NCBI GenBank assembly: GCA_964016885.1
Contig: OZ024743.1
Coordinates: 112,530,001 to 112,594,000 of the forward strand
DNA: 64,000 nt
Direction: 5' to 3'
From: Eledone cirrhosa
Lineage: Eukaryota
Shown: positions 51,826 through 64,000 of the stretch, piece after piece
Layout: every line of letters starts with the position of its first letter
Numbering within the stretch: the first letter of the stretch is position 1
Program-made: the position numbers and the translations under genes
Notes under the pieces: model-generated
Seen by the model: only the letters and a program-made list of their open reading frames with translations
What the model was told of the DNA's origin: nothing
Database searches by the model: none

Positions 51826-51918
51826 CAAGAGAGTATTGTATCTATGTTAGAAACCGGCTCTCTCTCTATTGGCAAAATTTTGTGAAATTATAAAACCAGA
51901 AGAATATACATACAAACA
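51826..51918 (+). mobile_element. 3'-terminal fragment of the (CATA)n-tailed RLE LINE
   Basis: GAGAGTATTGTATCTATGTTAGAAACCGGCTCTCTCTCTATTGGCAAAATTTTGTGAAATTATAAAACCAGAAGAATATACATAC. Confidence 0.8.
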
Positions 51919-52389
51919 TGATGGCTGCAAATTCTGCTAAGAGTATTGCAATTGCTTGTCAGATTACAGAAAATGGTGCATCTTTAGTCTGAGGCGCTCT
52001 CTAGACAAAGGGAAGTAGCTAGAGTTACTTCCCGTAGAATTTCTAGAATGTTCCTTGATATTCCGTTCTAGAGATTATAAAAGAAAGAGCAAAGAGCAAT
52101 CTCTCTCTCTCTCTCTCTCTTGCAGCTTGACCTTGCTAAGGTAAACACCAATTGTTCTTTTGTTCTGCAAGCACAAACAATATGTAATGACAACATTACT
52201 ACGGGTCTGGTCAACGCCTTAGCCAGTCGACCGTACTTTCTCTTGCAATCTTAATTGGTTTATTTCATTTCTTTTGGCATGCCAGCTTAATCCACCTCTT
52301 AACCTTTGTTAATAAATTATGTAAAAACATGCTAAAGTCTTGGTGATATATCTATATTATCTTACCGCTAAATTGGTGACCCCGACGTG
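51919..52389 (+). mobile_element. Probable Gypsy-type LTR followed by a primer-binding site
   Basis: Starts TG; contains TATAAAA and AATAAA; ends next to TGGTGACCCCGACGTG (52374-52389), a typical Gypsy PBS. No second LTR or intact gag-pol seen. Confidence 0.55.
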
Positions 52390-53885
52390 CTCCAACACGC
52401 AGCAAAACAAATCACCATCGCTAAAAATGGAAAAAACACAAACAAACTCTTTCGTTGCAGCAAACTGATCAACAATTTATATTAAATTCGCAACTCGAAG
52501 AACAAAAAGAATAAGGAACAAGCAGACGTATACACAGACACCAAACGCGTGGTGAACTTTTCGTTGGGACACACTTTCTTCCACCTAATGTGGCAATTTC
52601 GGACAAAAAGATTTCTCCAGCTTCAAGGACACAAATTTTCTCCGACAAACAAAAAACAGTTTCTTCAACGCATCGCGTGTTGTATCATCTAAATGTGTCT
52701 CACATTTTTCTCGCTTACTCGTTCAACCAAGCCTTTTCCTTCTTCTTCATCACATTCACAGTGAGAATCAAATGGCCGACAGCTACCTCTTCTTCTTTCA
52801 TTTTCGGTAGCCATCTTATCTCTTTCGTAATTTTCCAGCGCAAAAAGAAATTTTTTCAACTTCAAATTCACCTTGTACTAGTATGTGTGTAGTGCATAAT
52901 CTCGACTCAAAGTGAAACACACGCTTTGCTATTTTTTTCAAGGACTTCATCAGCCCAAGGTATTTTTTTGTATTTGCCAGTAAAAGATTTGCGACACTAC
53001 AATGTCGTAAATTGGTGCTAGTTGCTGTGCATTTATCCTGCATGCTCGTTTCTATGGTCGCAACTTCATCTGGACTCAAACAGATCAACGCTCAACCGCA
53101 ACACTGACCATCAATTTTGGCTGTTATTTCTGACACTTTGCGCAACAGTTTTTCTGGGATCTTCTAACTGTGAATGAGTTGTTTCCCTTGAAACAACTTC
53201 AAAAAGGCTCTGCGATCCACATACCACACAACCTTATGTCACACGAGGTGGCAGAACAGTAAACTGGCTACGTAAACTGTCAAAAAATTATATACATTTA
53301 ACCCCTAGTGGCATTAACAAACTTTTTTTCAATTTCAGATAGAATTAATGTCAGAAAAATCTGTACACTGGTGATGTATGAACTATTTGATTTTGAAGAA
53401 ACTTTGAACTTACCATTGAGCATTAATTTTTCTCTGCTCCTTTATGTTAACTTTGAATTATCAGTTTTGTTACATTTACATTTTTTCTTTGTAAAATGCA
53501 TTTACTTGTTTCGTCCAAACCCCAGAATAATGGGCTGGCAACATCCACAAAGTGAGTGATGAGCGATTACACAACGGGTTCATGAGCAATCAGCTTTCCA
53601 GTGGTTACAGGAAAGTAGGAAGACCATGGCTTGTGTTTGTCTCTACCCGTTTGTGGCATCCCAATTTGCGCTCGAATGAATAGAATTAACCTTAGTTAAT
53701 CGATACTGCAGGAATTTCCAGAGGTTGACTGAAAAAATAGGATCATCCGTTTTCCGTTGTTTTTCCCATGTCTTTTTCCTGTGCAACCCCTGTTTTCAAG
53801 TTTGTATATATATATATGTGTGTGTATACATATATATGTATATATGGAGAGAGAGGGGGAGAGAGAGATACATATACACACACAC

Positions 53886-53940
<55 letters not shown>

Positions 53941-53941
53941 C

Positions 53942-53974
<33 letters not shown>

Positions 53975-54284
53975 CGTGTATGCATGTATTATATATATAT
54001 AGATAGATATACAGGGTACTTGAATGGAGTCTTTGCTTGTATTATGTGTATGTGGATGACATATATGGGTTATATGTATATAGATGTACGTGAATGTGCG
54101 TGTGAGTCTATGGCGGGGGGGGGGTGGACTAGTCGCTGACACAAGAGTATGTTATCGTTTTATAGAAAATATGACGTGTATTTCGTTCTATACTCAACTT
54201 ATACTGATCAGTATGAGGTCTTGTCAATATACGTATTTTTTTTTTCGTGGTAATTACTTTTGAGGTGATTAAAAAAAAATGGAT

Positions 54285-55290
54285 ATAATGGCAGAGACAA
54301 CAAACAGAAATCTAAACTTCAGTGAAAACAGACCCCATACTTAGAAATAATAGAAATAATATCAGAAGGAACCAAGGTCAACACATAAGGAAGAGAATAA
54401 TATGTACAATAAGGATATACACATTAATTACAAAAGCCACAACATACAAAATACTCACAGTAGGAATTTAGAGAAACCCTATCCTAACAACCATTTTTTA
54501 GAGAGGATGTAGAAATACCGGGATAAGGGATGGACCACAGTCACGAGAAATCAAAAATAATAAGTCTTTCATAAAAATTGTTAACACCCAAACAAATAAC
54601 ATTGTATATAAAGGACAAAATTTACACCTACTCCTCAAAAACTAAATATACCAGAAATTAAAGATGACATTTCGGACTTCTCCAGAGACTCAGACTAGTG
54701 GGCCAATTTTTCGAAAAAGAAGACAGTGATGTATAGTGGAAGTTAGCTGCACGGCAGATGGTAATATCATAGTAAAGATTATTGAAAAGGAGAATATCTA
54801 TGTAGAACTAATGAGGAATATGCAGATACTCCACGTTGAATATACCTTCAGATTTATACCTGTGATTATTTTGGTACTCGGATGTGTTAGTAACTGCCTC
54901 AGTACAAACCTTGAGAAACTGGGCTTCACAAAAAGAGAAAGACCGTGAGTAGTTAGGAAATTACAAGTACGATTTATTAATGTAACAGTAAAAATATGTA
55001 AAACATTCCAAAACGTCCGTATGTAATAACTGCATCTAAACATGTACATATACAAAAAATAGGCACATGAACACATATAACTCAAAACATACACATCCAC
55101 ACATACAATAACACCCATACCTGAAAACACACGCACGCATGCAGATTTGCAGCCATATCTACCCAATTGATCTTGTCTAAATTCTAATGAAAGAGTCTTG
55201 TGTCTATGTTAGAAACCAACTCTCTCTCTCTCTTGGTAAAACATTATAAAATTATGAAACCAGAAGAAAATACATATATACATACATAAT
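54285..55290 (+). pseudogene. Internally deleted or composite copy of the (CATA)n-tailed RLE LINE
   Basis: From 54736 it matches the RLE 3' end (VEVSCTADGNIIVKIIEKENIYVELMRNMQIL..., same 3'UTR and CATA tail). Upstream, 54600-54720 carries a broken KG..FTPTP..NIPEIKDDISDFSR.LRL motif. Confidence 0.7.
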
Positions 55291-55299
55291 AGATAGTTA

Positions 55300-55468
<169 letters not shown>

Positions 55469-55732
55469 TAGTTTCGTAGAGAGGTATGTAGGAAGGTAGG
55501 CAGATTGAGAGAGGTGGAAGACGCAGATGAAAGGTTTCAATGATATAAACGTAAAATAAAATATAAAATGAAAATTTTAGAAATTTCCTTTAGGCTAAAC
55601 ACAAAATTTCCAATCACAAATGTTTTTGAAAAGAAAATGATGGGCATTTTAATAGAGCAACGAACCTAGTGTTTTCACTACCGCTTTTAGATACAGTAGA
55701 TTTGAATTGGAATTTAACTGAAGCAAGAAGAT

Positions 55733-55783
<51 letters not shown>

Positions 55784-55907
55784 GTGTGTACATGTATATA
55801 TATGTATATATATATATGATATCCAGGGATTTGTATTTTAATATACACATATATATAAATATATATATATATATGTGTATATATATATGTATATATATAT
55901 ATATTTG

Positions 55908-55966
<59 letters not shown>

Positions 55967-55979
55967 GTATATATATGTG

Positions 55980-56018
<39 letters not shown>

Positions 56019-56181
56019 CAATCCAGCGATTTATATTTTTATATACAAATATATACATTACATAGATATACATATATATTTATATGCACGTATGGGGTGT
56101 ATACAGAGAGAATGAGAGAGAGAGAGGGGGGTGAGAGAGAGAGTTAATAAATTAAATAAAATATAACAAATAGAGAAACAT

Positions 56182-56216
<35 letters not shown>

Positions 56217-56274
56217 TTGACATGAATAATAATAATGCTGACGACGACAACGACGATGTTGATGATGATGATGG

Positions 56275-56313
<39 letters not shown>

Positions 56314-56380
56314 GGTGATGATATGATGATGATGATGATGAAGATGATGATGATGATGATGGTGATGATGATGGTGATGG

Positions 56381-56426
<46 letters not shown>

Positions 56427-56679
56427 AAGGTGATAGAAGGAATGATACTATAGGAAAAATATTAGTTGAGTGATTTTTAAAAAATGGCAGCGACTGGTTG
56501 AGGTGGTGGAATCAAGTGAGTTACAGGTTCTGTAAAAGGATATTATCATGCTGTGTCAGCGATTAGTTCAAATACATATACACACACACACACAGACATA
56601 GACACACATGTACACAGAGAGACATGCATAGACATACACAGACACATAGATATACACAGAGAGACATACAATACACAGG

Positions 56680-56749
<70 letters not shown>

Positions 56750-56876
56750 GACATATAGATATACACAAAGAGACATACACAAACACACACACACACACAG
56801 AGACATATACATACACAGACACACACACACAAACACACACACATAGACATACACAGACACACACACAAACATACAC

Positions 56877-56909
<33 letters not shown>

Positions 56910-57960
56910 TACAAACACACACATAGAGACATACACACATACACACAAACACAGAGACATACACACATAAATATGCACATCCACAAGTCCATACATACAC
57001 GCACACACACAATCACACACACACACACAGACGCACACATTAACACACACACACATACATACACAGACGCACACATTAACACACACACATAGACATACAC
57101 AGACGCACACATTAACACACACAGACATACACAGACGCACACATTAACACACACACACAGACATACATAGACACATCCACAAGCCACACACAAACACAGA
57201 GAGAGACATACACAGATGCACATACAAACACATACAGAGAAATACACACACACTCACACACATCCACAAGCCCACATAAACACATGCACATCCACAAACA
57301 GATATGCAAACACTCATACAGATGCACACTTGCATACCTAAACATAAATGGTGGTGCTGGTGCTGGTAGTGGGAGTGGTAGTGGTAGTGGTGGTGGCAGT
57401 GGTGGTAGTAGTGGTGGTGGTGGTGCTGGTTCTGGTAGTGGTGATGGTGGTGGTGGTAGTAGTAGTAGTAGTAGTGGTGGTAGTGGTGGTGGTGCTGGTG
57501 GTAGTGGTAGTGGTGGTGGTGGTAGTAGTAGTAGCGGTGGTAGTGGTGGTGGTGGTGGTGGTAGTAGTGGTGGTGGTGGTGCTGGTTCTGGTAGTGGTAG
57601 TGGTGGTGGTGGTGGTGGTGGTGGTGGTGGTGGTGGTGGTGGTGGTAGTAGTAGTGGTGGTGGTGGTGGTGGTGGTGGTGGTGGTGGTGGTGGCGGTGGT
57701 GGTCTGGTGCTGGTGGTAGTGGTAGTGGTGGTGGTAGTAGTAGTAGCGGTGGTAGTGGTGGTGGTGGTGGTGGTAGTAGTAGTAGTGGTGGTAGTGGTGG
57801 TAGTGGTGGTGGTGGTCGTCGTCGTCGTCGTGGTGGTGGTGCTGGTGGTGCCGGTGAGTTTGGTGACGGTTGATGCTGGTGGTGGTGGTGGTGCTGCTGG
57901 TGATGGTGTTGGCGATGACGAGCATGATAATGATTGGTAACAACAGCAACAATAACAACA
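56182..57960. repeat. Consecutive (GAT)n, degenerate (CA)n and (GGT/AGT)n tracts
   Basis: Read directly; explains the Gly/Ser-, Val-, Thr- and CV-rich ORFs. Confidence 0.9.
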
Positions 57961-58025
57961 GCAACAATTTAAATTAAAACACCGAATATCTCCATACCTT
58001 TGATTTCCAACACAGAATTCTGACT

Positions 58026-58187
58026 GACTGACTACATGTCTTCAAGACTGACTACATGTCTTCAAGAGTGACTACATGTCTTCAAGACTGACTACATGTC
58101 TTCAAGACTGACTACATGTCTTCAAGACTGACTACATGTCTTCAAGAGTGACTACATGTCTTCAAGACTGACTACATGTCTTCAAGA
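58026..58187. repeat. Tandem array of eight 20-bp units GACTGACTACATGTCTTCAA
   Basis: ACTACATGTC occurs every 20 bp from 58031 to 58171; variant GAGTG in units 3 and 7. Confidence 0.95.
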
Positions 58188-58257
58188 ATTAACAGTACAA
58201 CTTACTCTCGAAAATCCCCCAATGAGAGTATATCAGGCGAAGTATCACGAAGGAAGA

Positions 58258-58650
58258 AGTATCAAATACTGATCTCTGATCTCGAAACGGAGTTGTATCA
58301 AATGCTTGCCCAAGATTGAATACTTCTTTGTGTGGTGATTCTCGCAAACTGATCACTGATCTCTGATCTCGAATAAAGGGAGTTGTATCAAATACTTGCC
58401 CAAGATTGAATACTTCCTTGTGTGGTGATCCTCGCAAACTGATCACTGATTTCTGATCTCGAATAAAGGGAGTAGTATCAAATACTTGCCCAAGATTGAA
58501 TACTTCCTTGTGTGGTAATCCTCGCAAACTGATCACTGATTTCTGATCTCGAATAAAGGGTGTATTATTAAATACTTGCCCAAGATTGAATACTTCCTTG
58601 TGTGGTGATCCTCGCAAACTGATCACTGATCACTGATCTCTGATCTCGAT
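58258..58650. repeat. Tandem array of about four 90-bp units
   Basis: ACTGATCTCTGATCTCGAATAAAGGGAGTTGTATCAAATACTTGCCCAAGATTGAATACTTCCTTGTGTGGTGATCCTCGCAAACTGATC repeats at about 58268, 58356, 58446 and 58536. Confidence 0.93.
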
Positions 58651-58963
58651 ATCGATCAGGTGAACGACAACAACTTGAGACCAACTTATATTCAAGAACA
58701 AACAACGAAAGCGCCTATATATATTTTCCCTCGTGGCCTAGTGGTAAGGGTGTTAGACTTACGATTCTAATGTCATGGGTTCGATTAAGAAATAGCAGAG
58801 AGGGATATGTGTGAGATAAGAGTGGTAGGCGTATAAAGCATATGAAGGGTACGTAAAGAAAGTAGATAATAAAAATAAGAAGAATAGTGGTTGTAATACC
58901 TATAATAATAATTAGCAGTATTGGTAGTAGATAGGATATAGGTACTGTAGTTGTAACAGGTGT

Positions 58964-59230
58964 GGAGGCCTATGGCGTAGCGGTGTTGGACTTACGGTCA
59001 TAATGTCGTGGGTTCAATTCCTGGGCTGAGATGTGTGTTGTGTTCTTGAGCAAAACACTTCATTTCCCGTTGTTCCACTATACTCAGCTGAAAATAAGTA
59101 CCTGCAATACCTGGGGGTTTAACCCTGCGATGAACTGGCGTCCTGTGTTGGAGGTGGGGAGTCTTGTAATCTCGGTTGCTTCACGCCGGGGATAAGCACC
59201 GGCCTAAAGAGATTTCTGGCTTAAGACAAA
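58964..59230 (+). mobile_element. Family B tRNA-derived SINE, long copy
   Basis: tRNA-like head (TGGCGTAGCGG, GGTTCAATTCC), TTGAGCAAAACACTTCATTTC body, AACCCTGCGATGAACTGGCGTCC 3' segment. Confidence 0.75.
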
Positions 59231-59415
59231 CATTAGATCCTTAGATGTGTGTTTACGTATGAAGGCATGCATTTATCAAAGTTCTTTCGGGACACATTCT
59301 GTAACTTCCACAATGTTTATATGTTTTGTGGCTCCTCTTTTTCCTGGTCTTAAACTTCTACTCCATCTTGTCTTTGTTTGTTTTCTGGTGCTTTTTTTTA
59401 AATATACATATGGTA

Positions 59416-59535
59416 AAGGTGCATGGCTGATTGGTTAGAGACCTGGATTTGCAATCGTGAAGTTGTGAGTTCGATTCCTGGACCAGGCGATGCGTTATGT
59501 CCTTGAGCAAGACACTTTATTTCACGTTGCTCCTT
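59416..59535 (+). mobile_element. Family B tRNA-derived SINE, 5' part
   Basis: TGGCTGATTGGTTAGAG..GAGTTCGATTCC..CCTTGAGCAAGACACTTTATTTCACGTTGCTCC. Confidence 0.75.
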
Positions 59536-60190
59536 CTACCTGGTGTTGCAACCGATAGATAGTATTAGCAATTAGAAAGACTAACGGAAACCTTGATTCC
59601 TCGGTCCGATTTAACAAAAGTCGATCGACTGTCGATATATATATAAAAAATTGCATGATTTCTACGGACTAGGGTGAGGAAAGATTGGGTATATTTTATC
59701 TAATAATTCTTCAAACTTGCAATTTTATATATAGCTCTGATTAATAATTATTTGCTTAATTAAATTTTTCATTGAACCACACCGTGAAAGGTAGTCACAC
59801 TCATATATGTATCTGTGACTATGCCTAAATATATAGATATATCCCTATGAATTTATTATATATATATATATAATAAATTCATAAGCTGAAAACTTGGCTT
59901 CCTACATTGTTTGTTCACATACGGGTGTCTGTCTGTCAGTCTCTGCCTGCCAGCTGACATCTAAAAGCTGTTGTCCAGTTATCTGATTGAAATGACGGAG
60001 TGTGATTCTTGTGTGGCTCTTTATCTCAGTGGTTAAGGCATCTAGCCGGTATCTGGAAGATATGGGGTTTCAATTCCGCATACTGGACGATGACAACTTC
60101 TTTTTCCGTCTTTGAAGGGTCTGCACTCTATTTTATAATCTACCTTTATACTATTTCTGCGCTTGAGCACTTTCTTTATACTCATATATG

Positions 60191-60221
<31 letters not shown>

Positions 60222-60460
60222 GTGTGTGTATCGAATAATATACAGAATATTTATGAAACACATCCTTAGTCTCAGCAAAACCAAGGGAAAAGTAACCGAC
60301 AATGTTATTTCTCGATTCTTAGCGGTTGACAAGATTACATATCTACCTAGTTTCCACAGAGACAAACATAAGGTAGAATCTTATAGATTTCTCGCTTATG
60401 TATATGAACTGATGAAGCCCATTTGCATAGGGAGCAGTAGACGGCCAGGCTTAAATTACA

Positions 60461-60612
60461 AATTAGTATTGGTGCTCCAACATAGCGTTATACACATATA
60501 GTACGTGTTGTATATTGAATGATGTGCAGGATGTTTATGAAAAGCATTTGACAGCCTTTGATGAACATCCTGTATATTATTCGATATACATATGCTGGAG
60601 CACCAATACTAA

Positions 60613-60614
<2 letters not shown>
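60461..60614. repeat. Imperfect ~155-bp palindrome next to (TA)n
   Basis: AATTAGTATTGGTGCTCCAACATA/TATGCTGGAGCACCAATACTAATT, with inner CAGGATGTT/AACATCCTG. Confidence 0.8.
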
Positions 60615-60659
<45 letters not shown>

Positions 60660-60757
60660 ATAATAATAAATTTGAAGACTAAAATCCAAAGTTTCAGAAG
60701 ATCCCGTTAAGGGTGAAAGCAGCGATTCTTTGCTGAAACTTTAATCTGTTATTTTAG

Positions 60758-60826
<69 letters not shown>

Positions 60827-61087
60827 CAAGAAAGAAGAGTAACATGGTATGCTATACAATAAGGGCTTTATTCACATTGCTGACAATTGTTTCTTTGATA
60901 TGGTAGGGCTTTCTTGAATTATTATTACTCCAAGTATAAACTACACAGAAATCACCGCGAACTCACAGCATCACTATTGAAACGTCTTGTTGAGTCAAAC
61001 TAAGCCAAACGTTAATAATATCCACTACACGGAGTACTCTAACTGGACTACATCTAAGTGGACTGCCTATAACGATAACCTGTTATC

Positions 61088-61142
<55 letters not shown>

Positions 61143-61243
61143 CAGGTTATCAATAATGTAGTGATAATATATCGTTACGTTAGAGATGAACAGCGTACGT
61201 GCAGGTTTGCTCAACGAGTATAAATTATATTCCGGAGAAAATG

Positions 61244-61515
61244 TAGAAAGGATGAATATAAAATGAAAGTGCTTTTGTTAAAAAAGGAATTTATTAGGTA
61301 TTGACATATGTTTCTGTAACAGACCGAATACCTATGTATTTATCCAAAATCTCTGAAGAAGTGACACCTGATTATACATTTGCTATCGAATACTTGCGAA
61401 CATTATATGATTACGCAAGCAGCGATACATAGGTATTCGGTCTGTTACAGAAACATATGTCAATACCTAATAAATTCCTTTTTTAACAAAAGCACTTTCA
61501 TTTTATATTCATCCT

Positions 61516-61520
<5 letters not shown>
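61244..61520. repeat. Inverted repeat with ~96-bp perfect arms and an ~85-bp spacer, next to (TA)n
   Basis: TAGAAAGGATGAATATAAAATGAAAGTGC...GAATACCTATGTAT and its reverse complement at 61425-61520; contains GAAACATATGTC. Confidence 0.9.
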
Positions 61521-61572
<52 letters not shown>

Positions 61573-61932
61573 GAGAGGGTGAGAGAGTGTATGTGTGTCT
61601 GTGTGTGACTGTGTGTGTGTTATAGAAAGATAGGTATAAATGCTGGCCTGTACTTTCAAGAGTATGGAGCATGTACGTAAAAAATTCACCCAGTGAGAGT
61701 AAGTGAAATAGTCAGAGTGAAACAGGCAGGTACAAAGAGAACGTGAGAGATAAAGAGAGGGATAGGAGGAGGAGAGGAGATTCAAGATAAGGAAAGTAAA
61801 TGAAAGGTGGAGGAAATAGTTAGAGATTGACAGAGAGCCCCTGAAACCGACAGAATGACTAAGACGTAGAAATGGGAAAGAGAGATAAAGGTAACAAAGA
61901 GAGGTAAATGCGAGAAGGAAAAGTTAGCAATT

Positions 61933-62895
61933 GAGAAGGAGAGCAGGTGGAGGAGATATAATGTGTAATAGAAGGAAAGTGAAAGAGAAAGAGTGGAAGA
62001 TATAAAGACATAGAAAAGGAAAATGTAGAGGTTGAGAAGGAGAGCAAGTGGAAGAGATATAATGTGTAATAGAAGGAAAGTGAAAGAGAAAGAGTGGAAG
62101 ATATAAAGACATAGAAAAGGAAAATGTAGAGGTTGAGAAGGAGAGCAAATGGAAGAGATACAATGTGTAATAGAAGGAAAGTGAAAGAGAAAGAGTGGAA
62201 GATATAAAGACATAGAAAAGGAAAATGTAGAGGTTGAGAAGGAGAGCAAATGGAAGAGATACAATGTGTAATAGAAGGAAAGTGAAAGAGAAAGAGTGGA
62301 AGATATAAAGACATAGAAAAGGAAAATGTAGAGGTTGAGAAGGAGAGCAAGTGGAAGAGATATAATGTGTAATAGAAGGAAAGTGAAAGAGAAAGAGTGG
62401 AAGATATAAAGACATAGAAAAGGAAAATGTAGAGGTTGAGAAGGAGAGCAAATGGAAGAGATACAATGTGTAATAGAAGGAAAGTGAAAGAGAAAGAGTG
62501 GAAGATATAAAGACATAGAAAAGGAAAATGTAGAGGTTGAGAAGGAGAGCAAATGGAAGAGATACAATGTGTAATAGAAGGAAAATGAAAGAGAAAGAGT
62601 GGAAGATATAAAGACATAGAAAAGGAAAATGTAGAGGTTGAGAAGGAGAGCAAGTGGAAGAGATACAATGTGTAATAGAAGGAAAGTGAAAGAGAAAGAG
62701 TGGAAGATATAAAGACATAGAAAAGGAAAATGTAGCGGTTGAGAAGGAGAGCTAGTGGAAGAGATACTATGTGTAATAGAAGGAAATGAAAGAGAAAGAG
62801 TGGAAGATATAAAGACATCGAAAAGGAAAATGTAGAGGTTGAGAAGGAGAGCAACTGGAAGAGATACTATGTGTAATAGAAGGAAAGTGAAAGGA
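61933..62895. repeat. Purine-rich minisatellite, 101-bp unit, about 9.5 copies
   Basis: GAGAAGGAGAGC starts at 61933, 62034, 62135, 62236, 62337, 62438, 62539, 62640, 62741 and 62841. Confidence 0.95.
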
Positions 62896-63259
62896 AGAGG
62901 TAAAGATTCAGAGTTTATCAGAGAAATATGCAGAGTAAGGTGAAGTGAGGTGAAAATGAATGAGGAATAGGAAATGAAAGAAAGAGTAAAGTTAAGATAA
63001 AAGCTGAAAAAGAAGAAGAAAGGTAATGATTGACAGAGAGAGGAAGAGAGATAAAGAGATATACGGGGGAGAGAGAAAGCGTACAAAGAAGCAAGATTAA
63101 AATTTCAAAAAATCTAATCCACAATTTGAACATTTCTATAATTAACTCGACGAGTTTCGACCTAAGGCCAAATTGTTCGATGACATGATAGGGAGTTTCT
63201 TTTCAGAGAAAACTTTTACATAAGTGTCTGTTTGCGCGTGCATAGCCAGCCAACAACAT

Positions 63260-63900
<641 letters not shown>

Positions 63901-64000
63901 ATACACACGCGCATATATATATATTAACTCACAGTTGGGTGCGGATGCATTCATGTATATATGTGTGTGTCCGCATGTATCTGTGTGTTTCTAAATATAT

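Noticed and set aside
52560-53280. Possible coding remnant downstream of the LTR/PBS
   Set aside because: I could not recognise gag, pol or transposase motifs with confidence; left unannotated.
58031-58180. p53-like response elements in the 20-bp array (CATG and CAAG cores)
   Set aside because: Core spacing is 8 bp, not 10, and the flanks do not fit RRRCWWGYYY.
58026-58650. CRISPR-like appearance of the regular repeats
   Set aside because: Units are head-to-tail with no unique spacers, there are no cas genes, and the context is eukaryotic.
60010-60090. tRNA-like sequence
   Set aside because: A- and B-box-like words are present but no convincing cloverleaf; more likely a decayed SINE head than a tRNA gene.
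61782-63086. Long hydrophobic ORFs (434, 331 and 264 aa) resembling membrane proteins
   Set aside because: They come from the pyrimidine-rich strand of the 101-bp minisatellite and are open in all three frames.
63142-63215. Hammerhead-like GGCC-TTA-GGTC-GAAACTCGTC-GAGTT on the minus strand
   Set aside because: No CUGANGA core at the required position.

Overview
AT-rich animal genomic DNA crowded with microsatellites and one 200-N assembly gap. The SINE types and simple-repeat load suggest an octopus or other coleoid cephalopod (inference). I found no host protein-coding exon; almost all short ORFs in the track are translations of microsatellites. The main content is a cluster of Tx1/L1-type non-LTR retrotransposons: two full-length copies with open ORF1 (CCHC knuckle) and ORF2 (APE endonuclease, RT, CCHC) at 33699-39500 (-) and 45467-51259 (+), a 5'-truncated copy at 41397-43219 (-), and an old relic at about 7.1-8.15 kb. 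All three young copies sit inside (TATC)n/(GATA)n microsatellites in the same sense orientation, which indicates a GATA-repeat-targeting family. In both full-length copies ORF1 and ORF2 are in frame across one stop codon, and that stop overlaps a splice-donor consensus. A second LINE family of the restriction-like-endonuclease (RLE) type is tied to (CATA)n. Several (TA)n-flanked palindromes carry minimal type I hammerhead ribozyme motifs of the Penelope type, with a near-intact motif at 31554-31598. The rest is tRNA-derived SINEs, R4/Dong, RTE and CRE-like LINE fragments, a Gypsy-like LTR with primer-binding site, a small MITE, and three minisatellite arrays.
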